Part shown: in pieces, positions 40,582 through 50,395 of the stretch
Numbering within the stretch: the first letter of the stretch is position 1
How the letters are laid out: every line of letters begins with the position of its first letter
Source: an uncultured Gemmatimonadales bacterium
Lineage (GTDB): Bacteria > Gemmatimonadota > Gemmatimonadetes > Longimicrobiales > RSA9
Direction: 5' to 3'
Assembly (NCBI GenBank): GCA_963783305.1
Contig: CAWAMW010000017.1
Span: 128,001-192,000 of the forward strand
DNA: 64,000 nt
Notes under the pieces: generated by a model
Told to the model about the DNA's origin: nothing
Database searches by the model: none
What the model saw: the letters and a program-made list of their open reading frames with translations, nothing else
Program-made: the position numbers and the translations under genes

Positions 40582-41494
40582 CGATCCGGCTCAGGTTCTG
40601 ATCATAGTCCGTCGCCGACAGCGGGACGTACCCGGCCGCCGGCACCAGCTCCTCGGCCTGGTTCATGTAGAACTCCACGAACGAGCGGACCTCGGGACGC
40701 GCCAGCGCGCTGCCCTTCACGTAGATGTAGATGGGGCGCGCGAGCGGTGTGTAGCTCCCGGACCCAATGGTCTCGCGCCCGGGGTCCACGCAGCCGTTGC
40801 CGCCGTCCACCGCCACCGCCTTCAGCTGCGTCGGGTTCTGCTCGTAGTAGGCAAAACCGAAGTACCCGAGGGCGCTCGCGTCACCGGCCACACCCTGCAC
40901 GAGCACGTTGTCGTCCTCACTCGCGGTGTAGTCCTGCCGGCTCGCGCCGTCCTCACCCATGATCACCTCTGTGAAGTAGTCGAACGTGCCCGAGTCCGTA
41001 CCGGGGCCGTAGAGCTTGATCTCCTGGTTCGGCCACTCGCTCCGCACGTCCGACCACATCTGGATCTCGCTCCCGGGTCCCCAGATCCGGCGCAGCTCGT
41101 CCACCGTCAGGCACTGCACGAAGTCGTTCGCAGGGTTGGTCACCACCGTGATGCCGTCCATGCCCACTTCGAGCTGAATGGGCTCGATCCCGTTCTGCTC
41201 GCACAACGCTTCCTCCGACGGCTTGATCGGTCGCGACGCGTCGCTGATCTCCGTCTCGCCGGCACAGAAACGCTGGAACCCGCCGCCCGTGCCCGACTGC
41301 GACACGGTCACCCGCACGCCACGGCCCTCCTGCGACATCATGAACTCCTCGGCCATGGCCTGACTCACGGGGTACACGGTGCTCGACCCATCGATCTGGA
41401 TGCGACCGCCGCCCTCGGCACCGCCGTCCCCACCACCGCACGCCGCCATCGAAAGGGCGGCCACCAACGGGACCAACCGGTTCAACATCTTCAT
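40559..41494 (-). CDS. pstS: Phosphate-binding lipoprotein
   Basis: Lipobox [33 protein letters not shown]. Confidence 0.96.
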   Translation of the reverse strand: MKMLNRLVPLVAALSMAACGGGDGGAEGGGRIQIDGSSTVYPVSQAMAEEFMMSQEGRGVRVTVSQSGTGGGFQRFCAGETEISDASRPIKPSEEALCEQNGIEPIQLEVGMDGITVVTNPANDFVQCLTVDELRRIWGPGSEIQMWSDVRSEWPNQEIKLYGPGTDSGTFDYFTEVIMGEDGASRQDYTASEDDNVLVQGVAGDASALGYFGFAYYEQNPTQLKAVAVDGGNGCVDPGRETIGSGSYTPLARPIYIYVKGSALARPEVRSFVEFYMNQAEELVPAAGYVPLSATDYDQNLSRIDELAGGS

Positions 41495-41531
41495 CACTCG
41501 CCTCCATTGCTGTAGAGAACCATCCGACTCA

Positions 41532-42641
41532 TTAGAAGTACACCTGGATCTGCGCCACGAGGGCGAGCTCCGGGTCCAGCGCGTCGCTCTCCGGCACGTA
41601 CACATCGCCGTTCAGCATCAGGCGGTTGCGGCCGTCGAAGTACAGGTTCAGCCCCGGCGTCACCAGGAACCCGGCATCGTCCGCCGCATCCGTGGACGGG
41701 TCCGCCCAGCCGAGCCGGAGCACCGGCTCCAGGCCTTCCACCCTGCCCTGCCGCGGCGCGAACCAGCTCACCAGCCCGTGGAGACCCATCATTGTCGGGA
41801 GCTCCGGCCCCGCCGACACCAGCGGATCGTCCCCCATCATCCACTCGGCCCGCGCGTGCAGCCCCGGCTCCCGGAATCCGCCCCAGCTGGCGTCCAGCTC
41901 CAGCGCCTTCCCGTAGACCTCGTCGGAGCCATCGAACAGGCCCGTGGGCTGTACACTCAAACCGGCGCCGATCACCAGCGGTGTGGCACCCGACCCGACG
42001 ATCCCGCCGAGGTCGTACGTCACCCGGCCCGCGTACGCCTTCGTCCCCGCCGTCTCCTTCGTGTTCGCACCCTCGCCGTTGAAGATGCCCACGGCGTAAT
42101 CCGCGCCGCCCAGTCCGCCGTGGAGCATGACCCCCACCTGCCGGCCCAGATACCCGGACTCCGACAGCAGGTACTGCGACTCCGCCGGCACCCCCACCAC
42201 CTCGGACAGCCCACGGATTCGCACACCTCGCTCGATCGTGCGGATCTTTGTGCTGCTCTCCAGCTCGAACACACCGAACGGCTTCTTGAACTGACCCGCC
42301 CGGATCCCTACCTGATCATCCAGCGCCAGGTCGATGTAACCGTCGGTCAGACGCGCGCCGCCACCCGCGAAATCGGCCTCCACCTTCCCGGTGATCCACT
42401 CCCCGTACGCGAGCTCCGCGCCGAACCGGACCCGCCGCGTCTCGAACGCCGACGACGCGGGCGCCACCGCCACGTCCTCGTCGTCCACCAATGTGGTGTT
42501 CAACTGGACCTGGACCCGCCCCGTCAGGTCGACCTGGAGCGGGCCGGCCGTGACCTGCTGCGCGGCCGCGGGGGCCGCGAGCAGCGCCAGCGCGAGCAGC
42601 GCGCTCCATCCCGGGACCGCTTTCCCTGTCATCGACGCCAT
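41532..42641 (-). CDS. Porin, OprO/OprP phosphate-selective-like
   Basis: Signal peptide; F..RRVR, LTDGYID, GQFKKPFG, IFNGEG, terminal QVYF; upstream of pstS. Confidence 0.85.
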   Translation of the reverse strand: MASMTGKAVPGWSALLALALLAAPAAAQQVTAGPLQVDLTGRVQVQLNTTLVDDEDVAVAPASSAFETRRVRFGAELAYGEWITGKVEADFAGGGARLTDGYIDLALDDQVGIRAGQFKKPFGVFELESSTKIRTIERGVRIRGLSEVVGVPAESQYLLSESGYLGRQVGVMLHGGLGGADYAVGIFNGEGANTKETAGTKAYAGRVTYDLGGIVGSGATPLVIGAGLSVQPTGLFDGSDEVYGKALELDASWGGFREPGLHARAEWMMGDDPLVSAGPELPTMMGLHGLVSWFAPRQGRVEGLEPVLRLGWADPSTDAADDAGFLVTPGLNLYFDGRNRLMLNGDVYVPESDALDPELALVAQIQVYF

Positions 42642-42707
42642 CTCTCATCTCCGCGTTGGTGTGTAACGAGCTGCACACAGAGATAGCGGTTGATCCGTGA
42701 GACTCCG

Positions 42708-42734
42708 GTCACGGCCATGTAACAACGCGGTAAC
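42708..42734 (-). promoter_or_regulatory. Pho-box-like direct repeats upstream of the porin-pst operon
   Basis: Minus strand GTTAC-N6-GTTAC-N6-GTGAC (11-bp period). Confidence 0.75.
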
Positions 42735-42761
42735 GGGATCGGGCGCCCGCTCAGTGTCTGC

Positions 42762-43139
42762 TCACCGCGAGGGAGTCGGACCAGGGCGAGTCGCGGGTCG
42801 GATCGAAGAAGATGAGCTCGTCCGGATCGTGAAGGCGCGGAGCGGGTGCCAGGAGGGGGCGTGGTGCAGCTCCGGGTCGAGGTTGAGGAGGTCGATGGCC
42901 CGGTCGTCACGGCGCTGTGCCCAGCTGAGGAGCGCGGAAGCGAGAATGCGTGCGGCCTCCGGCGAGGCGGCCTCGAGGGAGGAGCATTCCAGACGGAGGC
43001 GCACGCTCTGGTAGTCACCATCAGCTGTTCTCCACGCCGCGCGCCATGTGCGCGTCCAGCGCGCCCCCCAGCCGAACGCAGCAGGAGCGACCCCTGCGGA
43101 ACGTGCGATTCCGGCTTCGCGATCCACGTGCGTCTGCAC
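42762..43139 (-). CDS. Hypothetical protein
   Basis: GGGGAGG RBS before GTG; fills the gap between phoR and the porin promoter. Confidence 0.4.
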   Translation of the reverse strand: MQTHVDREAGIARSAGVAPAAFGWGARWTRTWRAAWRTADGDYQSVRLRLECSSLEAASPEAARILASALLSWAQRRDDRAIDLLNLDPELHHAPSWHPLRAFTIRTSSSSSIRPATRPGPTPSR

Positions 43140-43281
43140 GATGCCTCCCCATCAGACGGTGAGCGGGGCTCGGCGAGCTCCCGTGCCGTACGATCGCGGG
43201 GAGCGATCTCGTGGGGGTCACACGTCCGTAGCGGGCGGGAAACGCCAGGCCGGAGAGCCCGCGCGCGCTCCGCTGCGCGTG

Positions 43282-44730
43282 TCAGTCGCGAGGCCTGGGC
43301 AGCCTCAGTCGGAAGGTGGTGCCCCTGCCTAGTACGCTCTCCGCGCTGACCGCGCCGCCCATGCTCTCCACCATGTGCTTCACGATGGCCAGCCCCAGCC
43401 CGGTGCCGCCCTCCGCCCGGGAGCGTGCGGGGTCGACGCGATAGAAGCGCTCGAAGATGCGCGGCAGGCTGTCGCGGGGGATGCCGGCGCCGGTATCGCT
43501 CACCTCGACCACCAGCCAGTCGCCCGCCGGCTCTACGCGAGTGGCCACCCGGATCCGGCCGCCGGCATCGGCGCTCCTGCCGGGCTCCCGGGCGGGGGTA
43601 TAGCGGAGGGCGTTGTCGAAGAGGTTCGCGAAGATCTGCTCCAGCGCCTGCGGCTCGGCCAGGGCGCGATCGTCGTCCTGGCCGTCGACGTCGAAGACGA
43701 CGCCACGGTCGGAGGCGCGTTCCGCGAACGGGGCCCAGGCGGCGCGCGCGGACTGCCCCACCGAAACGCTGCGGACATCCGGCTGCCAGCCCCCGGCCTC
43801 GATCCTGGAGAGGTCCAGGAGGTCGTCTACGATGCTCTGGAGCCGGTTGGCGTTCCGTGAGATGGTCTCGAGGAACTGGCGTCGCTCGGGATCGGGCAGG
43901 TCATCGGCGAGGAGCGTGTCGGCGTACCCGCGGATGGACGTGAGGGGAGTCTTGAGCTCATGGCTCGCGTTCGCGACGAAGTCCCGCCGGACCTCCTCCA
44001 GTCGCCGCAGGTCGGTGAGGTCGACGAGGGTGGCCACCGCTCCGCCGCCCCGCTGCGGCGCCACCGCGGCGAGGATCCTGCGCTCGTCGAGCAGCACCTC
44101 GAGAGGCGCGGTCGGCGTCCCCGCCGCGGCCTGCTCGATGGCCCGGCGAAGCGGCTCGTCCCGGACGAGCGACGACACGCGCTCGCCCAGCGCGTCGCCC
44201 GGCACCCCCAGCAGCCTGCGGCCCGCCGGATTGACGCGCTCGATCCGACCTTCCCCGTCGGTCTGTAGGATCCCCTCCGACACGGACTCGAGCAGCCGGT
44301 TCAGCTCCGAGCGCTTCGACCGCTCGGCGACCAGGCGCTCCCCGAGCTCGGCCACGACCCGCTGCATTCCGCGCAGGGCATCCTGGACCTCGGCGATGGG
44401 AGAGGCCGCCGGCTGTGCGGTCGGCGTGGGGCCCTCGGCAGAGCCGCCCGGGCCCGTGGCCGGAGCCGCCACCGCCTGCATTCCGCGTAAGGGCCGCACA
44501 ATGAGCCCGGCCAGGAGCGCGCTCAGCGCCACGGCGAGCGTGGTGACCACGATGCCGGCGAGCGTGACCGCCGCCACCGCGTCCCGCACCGCCCGCTCCC
44601 GCGTGAGGCCGGGGACCGTCATGAGGGCGTCCCGCACGGCGCCCGCCACACTGGCGGCGGATACGATGAAACCGCCGGCCACGAGCAGGCCCACGGTCAG
44701 CGGGAGGATGAGCTGGAGGCGGAGTCGCAT
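43282..44730 (-). CDS. phoR: PhoR-like sensor histidine kinase
   Basis: Two TM segments, PAS-like region, RRDFVANASHELKTPLTSIRG, FERFYRVD, GGTGLGLAI; TGATG coupling to phoB. Confidence 0.92.
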   Translation of the reverse strand: MRLRLQLILPLTVGLLVAGGFIVSAASVAGAVRDALMTVPGLTRERAVRDAVAAVTLAGIVVTTLAVALSALLAGLIVRPLRGMQAVAAPATGPGGSAEGPTPTAQPAASPIAEVQDALRGMQRVVAELGERLVAERSKRSELNRLLESVSEGILQTDGEGRIERVNPAGRRLLGVPGDALGERVSSLVRDEPLRRAIEQAAAGTPTAPLEVLLDERRILAAVAPQRGGGAVATLVDLTDLRRLEEVRRDFVANASHELKTPLTSIRGYADTLLADDLPDPERRQFLETISRNANRLQSIVDDLLDLSRIEAGGWQPDVRSVSVGQSARAAWAPFAERASDRGVVFDVDGQDDDRALAEPQALEQIFANLFDNALRYTPAREPGRSADAGGRIRVATRVEPAGDWLVVEVSDTGAGIPRDSLPRIFERFYRVDPARSRAEGGTGLGLAIVKHMVESMGGAVSAESVLGRGTTFRLRLPRPRD

Positions 44731-45446
44731 CAGCCAGGCGGCTCGGTGCGGAACCGATAGCCGAAGCCGCGAACCGTCTCGATATAGTCGCCGGCCTCGC
44801 CCAACTTGCTCCGCAGTCGCTGGATGTGCATGTCCACGGTGCGTGTCTCGATCTGTACGCGGATGTCCCATGCCAGCTCGAGCAGCTGCCGCCGACTCTG
44901 CACCCGACCCTTCCGCTCCATCAGCGCCACCAGCAGCCGGTACTCGGTAGGCGTGAGGTCCACCGGCTCCGAGTCCACCAGGACCGTCATGGCCGACGCG
45001 TCCACCGCGATGGGTCCGCCCCGGAGCAGCCGACCGGATCCGGCCACGGCCGCCGCCCGCACCCGCCGCAGCACGGTGCCGATCCGCAGCACCAGCTCCT
45101 GCGGGCTGAACGGCTTCGTCATGTAGTCGTCGGCGCCCAGCTCCAGACCCCGGATCCGATCCGACTCGTCGCGGCGCGCCGTAAGCACGACCACGGGGAC
45201 ATCGGAGAGGGAGGGCTGGCGCCGGATCTCCTCCAGGATCTCGTAGCCGGAGAGCCCGGGCAGCATGAGGTCCAGCACGACCAGGTCCGGGCGCTCGTTG
45301 CGCACCGCCTCGAGCGCCTCGTCCCCGGAGCCGACCGTCCGGACCCGGAAGCCCTCCTTCGTGAGGTGGTACGCCACCAGCGCCGCGATATCGCGCTCGT
45401 CCTCCACCACGAGGATCTGCGCCGAGGCTGTCTGCGCTGCCGTCAT
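44730..45446 (-). CDS. phoB: PhoB/OmpR family response regulator
   Basis: ILVVEDE, LDLMLP, GADDYMTKPFS, ETRTVDMHIQRLRSKL, IETVRGFGY. Confidence 0.93.
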   Translation of the reverse strand: MTAAQTASAQILVVEDERDIAALVAYHLTKEGFRVRTVGSGDEALEAVRNERPDLVVLDLMLPGLSGYEILEEIRRQPSLSDVPVVVLTARRDESDRIRGLELGADDYMTKPFSPQELVLRIGTVLRRVRAAAVAGSGRLLRGGPIAVDASAMTVLVDSEPVDLTPTEYRLLVALMERKGRVQSRRQLLELAWDIRVQIETRTVDMHIQRLRSKLGEAGDYIETVRGFGYRFRTEPPG

Positions 45447-45523
45447 CCGCTCGCCCTCCGTCGCTCTGGCCCGTTGCGTAGGGGACCCGATCCGTCCCCT
45501 ATACATGGAGATACCGGCGGTCC

Positions 45524-45561
45524 GTCATAATCGGGTAACGGCAATGTATCATCAACATCAC
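45524..45561 (-). promoter_or_regulatory. Pho-box-like repeats upstream of phoB
   Basis: Plus strand GTCAT (45524), GTAAC (45535), GTATC (45546), ATCAC (45557), exact 11-bp period. Confidence 0.7.
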
Positions 45562-45600
45562 GATGAGGGTCATCGCTCTGCCGCGGCGCCGTGGAACGCG

Positions 45601-45638
45601 GGAGCCCCCTCCCCCGCGCGGCCGGGGAGGGGGGCTCC
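45601..45638 (-). terminator. Hairpin downstream of the lipoprotein gene
   Basis: GGAGCCCCCTCCCC...GGGGAGGGGGGCTCC inverted repeat. Confidence 0.65.
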
Positions 45639-45659
45639 AGGTCATGGCTTTCGGCGGCG

Positions 45660-47255
45660 CTAGTTGCGAGCCCAGGTCGTCCAGCCTGCGTACCAGGGGT
45701 TGTCGGTGCCCGGCTCCACGGCGCCGATGTAGTCGGCTGCGGTGAACCAGCCCCCGCCGGGGACGTCCGCGGCCGAGAGCCCAGCCTGGCTCATCAGGTC
45801 CGCTGACGGAACCAGATCGGGCATGGTGCCGGAGGCCCAGTCGGCGGCCGCCGCCATGCCGAGGCTGAGGCCGGCCGGATCGCTCCAGATGTCGCTCCAC
45901 GCGGCCAGACAGGTGTTCTCCTCCGAGTCGGCCGCGTCGTTGTGCAGGAAGTCGTCGTTACCGGCGAACAGCACGTTCATGAGGTTGAACGTGTCGTCGC
46001 TGCAGAGGCCGACCGTGGTCGGGTCATCGACCCGCAGCCCGTCGGTGAAGCCCCGGACGATCCCGTTGGCCACGGTCCCCGCCGTGCCGCGACGGTACCG
46101 CATGCCCAGGGACGTTCCGTTGCCGATCAGCGTCACGTTGTAGATCATCGGGTTCGTGAGCGGCGTAGCCGTGTGCTCGTCCTCGTTGCCGTCCACTTCG
46201 AACCCGGTGTCGGACTGCCCGACGTCGTCCGGATCCTGGAGCGCCAGCCAGAACTGACCGTAGCCCTGCCAGCCGGTGGAGTAGTCGAACGAGTCGTCCT
46301 GGGCGCCGGTGACCAGGGCGTGGGAGATGTTGACGGTGCCGCCGAAGAGCTCGATTCCGTCGTCATCGCCCATGTGAGCCTGGATGTAGTCGATCTCGGT
46401 ACCGCTGCCCACGCCGTTCAGCGTCAGGGCGTTGACCTCGTTGCCCAGGCTTACCTCGTACCCGGCATACTCGATCCGGATGTACCTTAGCGAGCCACTG
46501 TCATCGCCGGTATCCGGCTCGGTCCCCGCCTCGTTGCCGTACTCGGCCGAGATCCCCTCGGAGACGCACCGGTCGCCCGCGGAGCGCGGGAAGTTGCAGT
46601 TGGAGTCTCCGTTGATCACCACGCCCGCCCAGTCACCTCGCGAGCGGCTGCCGACGGGGTTTGAGCTCGTGAAGACGATGGGGGCCTCGGCCGTCCCCTC
46701 GGCGATCAGCTGCCCACCGATCTTCACCAGGAGCGCCGTCGGGGTCGTATTGGCGTCGCCGAGGATCAGGGTGCCCGGCTCGATCGTCAGCACGCCGCCA
46801 TCCTCGACGGACACGATTCCGCGGAGGATGTAGGTCGTGTCCGCGTGGAAGGTGCGGCTGCCGGTGATCTGCCCCGACACCGCGACATCGGTGATTACCT
46901 CTTCGATGACCACGGTCACCGGGTTGCTCGGCTCCGAGTCGTCCGCGCCCATGGCCACCACCACGTAGGTGTACGCCGCGCCAGGGGTCAGATCCGCGTC
47001 GGTGTAGGTGGTGGCGGTCAGGTCGTCGGCGATGGTCGAGAGGGCGCCGCCCTCGCTGCTCCGTTGGACCCGGTACGTCGTAGCTCCGGCTACCGTCGTC
47101 CAGGTCAGAACCACGCCCGCGTCCGTCTCCTGCACGGAGAGCGATGGCGGATTGAGCAGCACGATCCCGGTGCCGTCATCGTCGCTGCACCCGGCGAGCG
47201 CGAAGCCGACCAGGGCGAGGAGACAGAAGCTTGCGATCTTGCGGAACAGCGGCAT
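45660..47255 (-). CDS. Lipoprotein with FN3 domain and acidic beta-helix-like domain, partner of the TonB receptor
   Basis: Lipobox LAGC; GTAEAPIVFTS, GDWAGVVING, DDSGSLRYIRIEYAG, GVGSGT, DDGIELFGG. Confidence 0.85.
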   Translation of the reverse strand: MPLFRKIASFCLLALVGFALAGCSDDDGTGIVLLNPPSLSVQETDAGVVLTWTTVAGATTYRVQRSSEGGALSTIADDLTATTYTDADLTPGAAYTYVVVAMGADDSEPSNPVTVVIEEVITDVAVSGQITGSRTFHADTTYILRGIVSVEDGGVLTIEPGTLILGDANTTPTALLVKIGGQLIAEGTAEAPIVFTSSNPVGSRSRGDWAGVVINGDSNCNFPRSAGDRCVSEGISAEYGNEAGTEPDTGDDSGSLRYIRIEYAGYEVSLGNEVNALTLNGVGSGTEIDYIQAHMGDDDGIELFGGTVNISHALVTGAQDDSFDYSTGWQGYGQFWLALQDPDDVGQSDTGFEVDGNEDEHTATPLTNPMIYNVTLIGNGTSLGMRYRRGTAGTVANGIVRGFTDGLRVDDPTTVGLCSDDTFNLMNVLFAGNDDFLHNDAADSEENTCLAAWSDIWSDPAGLSLGMAAAADWASGTMPDLVPSADLMSQAGLSAADVPGGGWFTAADYIGAVEPGTDNPWYAGWTTWARN

Positions 47256-47326
47256 TGGCTATCCTCCGATTGTGTTCAGTGAGTGCAGCGACAGCGGGGC
47301 GGCCGAGCGCCGCCCCAGCGGGTCGA

Positions 47327-50194
47327 TCATCCGCCCAGATCCCAGCTGGCGGAAAACGAGAACACGCGGCCCGGGTCGTACCACCGGACCACACGGCCGG
47401 CCTGGGTGAACTCGACCTCGGAGCCGAGCAGGTTCCTGGCTCCGAGCTTGGCGGAGAGACCGCGTCCGAGCGGCTGCTCGATCACCAGGTCCAGCACTCC
47501 CCGCGCTTCCTCGTAGATGTCGGGAAGCGTCCGGGCGCCGACGGCGTCGATGCGCTCGCCGATCCGGTTGTACATCAGCGTCAGGTTCGTCCCCAGCCTC
47601 GACTGCAGGTAGCCGAGTGACACGTTCACGGTGTAGGGCGACTGCCCCTGGAGCGGCCGCTCCCTGCGGATCAGGGTGAAGTACCCCACCTCCTGCTCCA
47701 GCGGGAGCCAGACGGCCGCCGAGTCACCGGCCGAGACCTCCGACCGGATCAGTGAGACGTTCGTGTTCAGAGACAGCGTCTCCAGCGAACGGGCGATGAA
47801 CCCGAGGTGGGTCCGCAGCTCGAGCTCGACCCCGTAGTTCTCCGCGGAAGCCGCGTTGACCCACGTCTTCACCAGCTCGTTGCTCGGGAGCGCGGCGGCC
47901 TCGATGGGCCCGTCGAACTTCTTGTAGAAGCCGCTCATTGCCACGAGTGAGCCGAGGGTCGGGAACCACTCCCAGCGCACGTCGTAGTTCTCGATCCGCG
48001 TACGCTCGAGCGCGGGGTTCCCGATGGTCAGGAAGCCGCCGGCATAGTCGGTGAACCCGAACGGCGCCATTTCCCGGAACTGCGGACGGGCCAGCGTGCG
48101 GGACGCGGCCAGTCGGACGTTTATCCCGTCCGTGACCTGGTACGTGAGGTTCACGCCGGGGAGCAGGTCCGTGTTCGAGTTCTCGGCGGGTGCCAGGCTG
48201 TCGGCGATGGTGACGAAGCGCGGGACCGGCTGGACGAGCTGATCGGAGTCCTCGAGCCTTGCTCCACCCACGATTCTGAGGCGCGGGAGCAGCTCGACGT
48301 CCAGCAGCGCATACCCGGCCGTGATCGTCTGGTCGGCGTGGTAGTTGTCCTCGGGGAACGTGACTTCCTGGATCGCCAGGCCGTGCGGGCCGATGTTCTC
48401 GGCCGTGAACAGCTGGTTCGGCGGGAGCTGGAGCGTCTCGAGGGGGAGCGAGCCGGCCAGCTCGAACCGGAAACGTCGCAGGAAGTTCTCCCGATCCGAG
48501 TAGTCCCCGGTCCCGCCGAACGAAAGCGTCGCCGGCAGCTTCCGGAACTCGAACGGCACCGACACATCGACGCCGCCACCATAGGTCCACTCCTTCAGGT
48601 CGGAGTGGAAGATGCTCCCGCTCTGCTTGGCGACCGTGTAGGTCAGGACGCCACCCCGCTCCCGGTAGACGGCGTCCCGGGTGTTCGGCTCATAGCGCCG
48701 AGCGCGCGAGACCGCGCCCCGCCACTCCACGCGCGCGTCCCCGAGCCACGGCAGCAGGTGCCGGCCCTTGAGCTGGGAGGAGAAGAGCGACTGCGACAGG
48801 TACTGGACGCGGTAGTTGGCGGCGAGGGAGCCGAAGTCCTGGTGCTCGCCGACGAGGTAGCGGGCGTTGTCCGAGGACGTCCGGTTGTAGATCGCCGAGA
48901 GCGACAGCCGGTTCGATGGCGTGACGTCCACCGCGAGATTGAAGAGCCCGCCGAGCTCGCCGCTCCGGGTCGTCGAGGTGCCGGTGTAGTCGACTTCGGG
49001 GGTCTCCGCCGCCTTGAAGACCCGCTCGATCAGGTCGTCCCTGTGGCTCCAGCCTGTGGACTGGTTCACGGCCACCAGGTACCCCACGGGCATGTCGCCT
49101 CCGCGCAGCCCGACCTCGTTCCCCAGGGCCAGGCTGAAGCTCTGCGGCACGCCAATGCTGGTGGGCTCACCCGCCCACGGGCCGACGAACTGCTCCCCGA
49201 TCCGCTCCAGCGCCTCGTCCGTATGCGGGGGGTTGTCGATCCGATCCGGCCCGACGGCCGGCAGGACCCGGCTGCCGCCCGGCACCGCCAGGAAGTCCAG
49301 GCTGCCGCCGCCGTACATGAGGCCGGTCCGGCCCGTCGATTCGCTGTGGTAGGACGTGCCCAGGCCGATCTTGAACAGCTGCTGGGCCGGGAAATCCCGG
49401 GTCCGGATCTGCACCAGTCCGCCCGCGTAGTCACCCGGCTGGTTCGGCGAGTACGTCTTCGCCGTGACGACGCTCTCCAGGAAGTCCGAAGGGACGAGGT
49501 CCAGAGGCACGGTCTTCCTGTCCGGCTCCGGGGACGGCAGCGCGGAGCCGTTAAGCGTCGCGGAACCGTACCGCTCTCCCAGCCCGCGCACGTAGACGTA
49601 CTTGCCGTCGACCACGCTCACGCCGGGCGATCGAGCCAGAACCGCCGCCGCGTCACCGTCCGTCGACCGGGCGATCTGCTCCCTGCCGATCGCGTCCACC
49701 ACCACCGGCGACTTGCGCCGCTCGCCCAGCAGCGCCGTGGTACTGCCGCGCTCGATCGACGCGCTAACCGTGATCCCCTCGACCGCCACCGCCTCCGGCG
49801 AGACGGAGATGTCCAGGCTGGTCGTCGCGCCCGCGGTCACCTCCACGCCGGTCACCCTCTTCCGACCGAACCCGACCACTTGCGTCACGAGCGTGTACGA
49901 CCCGGTCGGAACACCGCGGATCAGGTACCGCCCGTCCATGTTGCTGAGGGCGCCGCCATCCGTCCCCTCGAGCTGGACATGCGCCCCCGGAATCGGCTCA
50001 CCCGTCTCGTCGCTGACCACGCGTCCGACGATGACCCCGGTGCCGCCGATGGTGCCCATGCCCTGGGCCAGCGCAGAGTCCGCTACGAGCCCCGTGACGA
50101 GAGCGAGAACGACGAGCCCGCGACCGATCACGCGCAGGCACGCCCGGGAGCGCTCGAATCCGCCGGCCCCGGCTGGTATATTGGTGATCGTCAA
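47327..50194 (-). CDS. TonB-dependent receptor (start probably TTG 50194; alternative ATG 50257)
   Basis: AGGAGG RBS; plug motifs VYVRGLGERY, VPLDLVPS, KTYSP; barrel motifs SRTLARPQFRE, GNPAL, LQGQSPY. Confidence 0.92.
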   Translation of the reverse strand: MTITNIPAGAGGFERSRACLRVIGRGLVVLALVTGLVADSALAQGMGTIGGTGVIVGRVVSDETGEPIPGAHVQLEGTDGGALSNMDGRYLIRGVPTGSYTLVTQVVGFGRKRVTGVEVTAGATTSLDISVSPEAVAVEGITVSASIERGSTTALLGERRKSPVVVDAIGREQIARSTDGDAAAVLARSPGVSVVDGKYVYVRGLGERYGSATLNGSALPSPEPDRKTVPLDLVPSDFLESVVTAKTYSPNQPGDYAGGLVQIRTRDFPAQQLFKIGLGTSYHSESTGRTGLMYGGGSLDFLAVPGGSRVLPAVGPDRIDNPPHTDEALERIGEQFVGPWAGEPTSIGVPQSFSLALGNEVGLRGGDMPVGYLVAVNQSTGWSHRDDLIERVFKAAETPEVDYTGTSTTRSGELGGLFNLAVDVTPSNRLSLSAIYNRTSSDNARYLVGEHQDFGSLAANYRVQYLSQSLFSSQLKGRHLLPWLGDARVEWRGAVSRARRYEPNTRDAVYRERGGVLTYTVAKQSGSIFHSDLKEWTYGGGVDVSVPFEFRKLPATLSFGGTGDYSDRENFLRRFRFELAGSLPLETLQLPPNQLFTAENIGPHGLAIQEVTFPEDNYHADQTITAGYALLDVELLPRLRIVGGARLEDSDQLVQPVPRFVTIADSLAPAENSNTDLLPGVNLTYQVTDGINVRLAASRTLARPQFREMAPFGFTDYAGGFLTIGNPALERTRIENYDVRWEWFPTLGSLVAMSGFYKKFDGPIEAAALPSNELVKTWVNAASAENYGVELELRTHLGFIARSLETLSLNTNVSLIRSEVSAGDSAAVWLPLEQEVGYFTLIRRERPLQGQSPYTVNVSLGYLQSRLGTNLTLMYNRIGERIDAVGARTLPDIYEEARGVLDLVIEQPLGRGLSAKLGARNLLGSEVEFTQAGRVVRWYDPGRVFSFSASWDLGG

Positions 50195-50285
50195 CGTGTC
50201 CTCCTGTTCCCCATGGGGTCCTGCCTTGGGTTGTATTCGACGACTGCGTTCCATCATTTCTCTGCTCGAAGGATGGCCGGAGGAT

Positions 50286-50323
50286 GTCACGCCGAACGGC
50301 GGCTCCGGTAACGTGGACGTAAC
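50286..50323 (-). promoter_or_regulatory. Pho-box-like repeats upstream of the TonB receptor
   Basis: Plus strand GTCAC (50286), GTAAC (50308), GTAAC (50319): 22- and 11-bp spacing. Confidence 0.65.
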
Positions 50324-50395
50324 GTCGGCATCCCGTGCCGATCCGGGCGCTCCGGCGGGCACCAACGTTTTCCCGAGCGCGTGCGTCATCCCACT

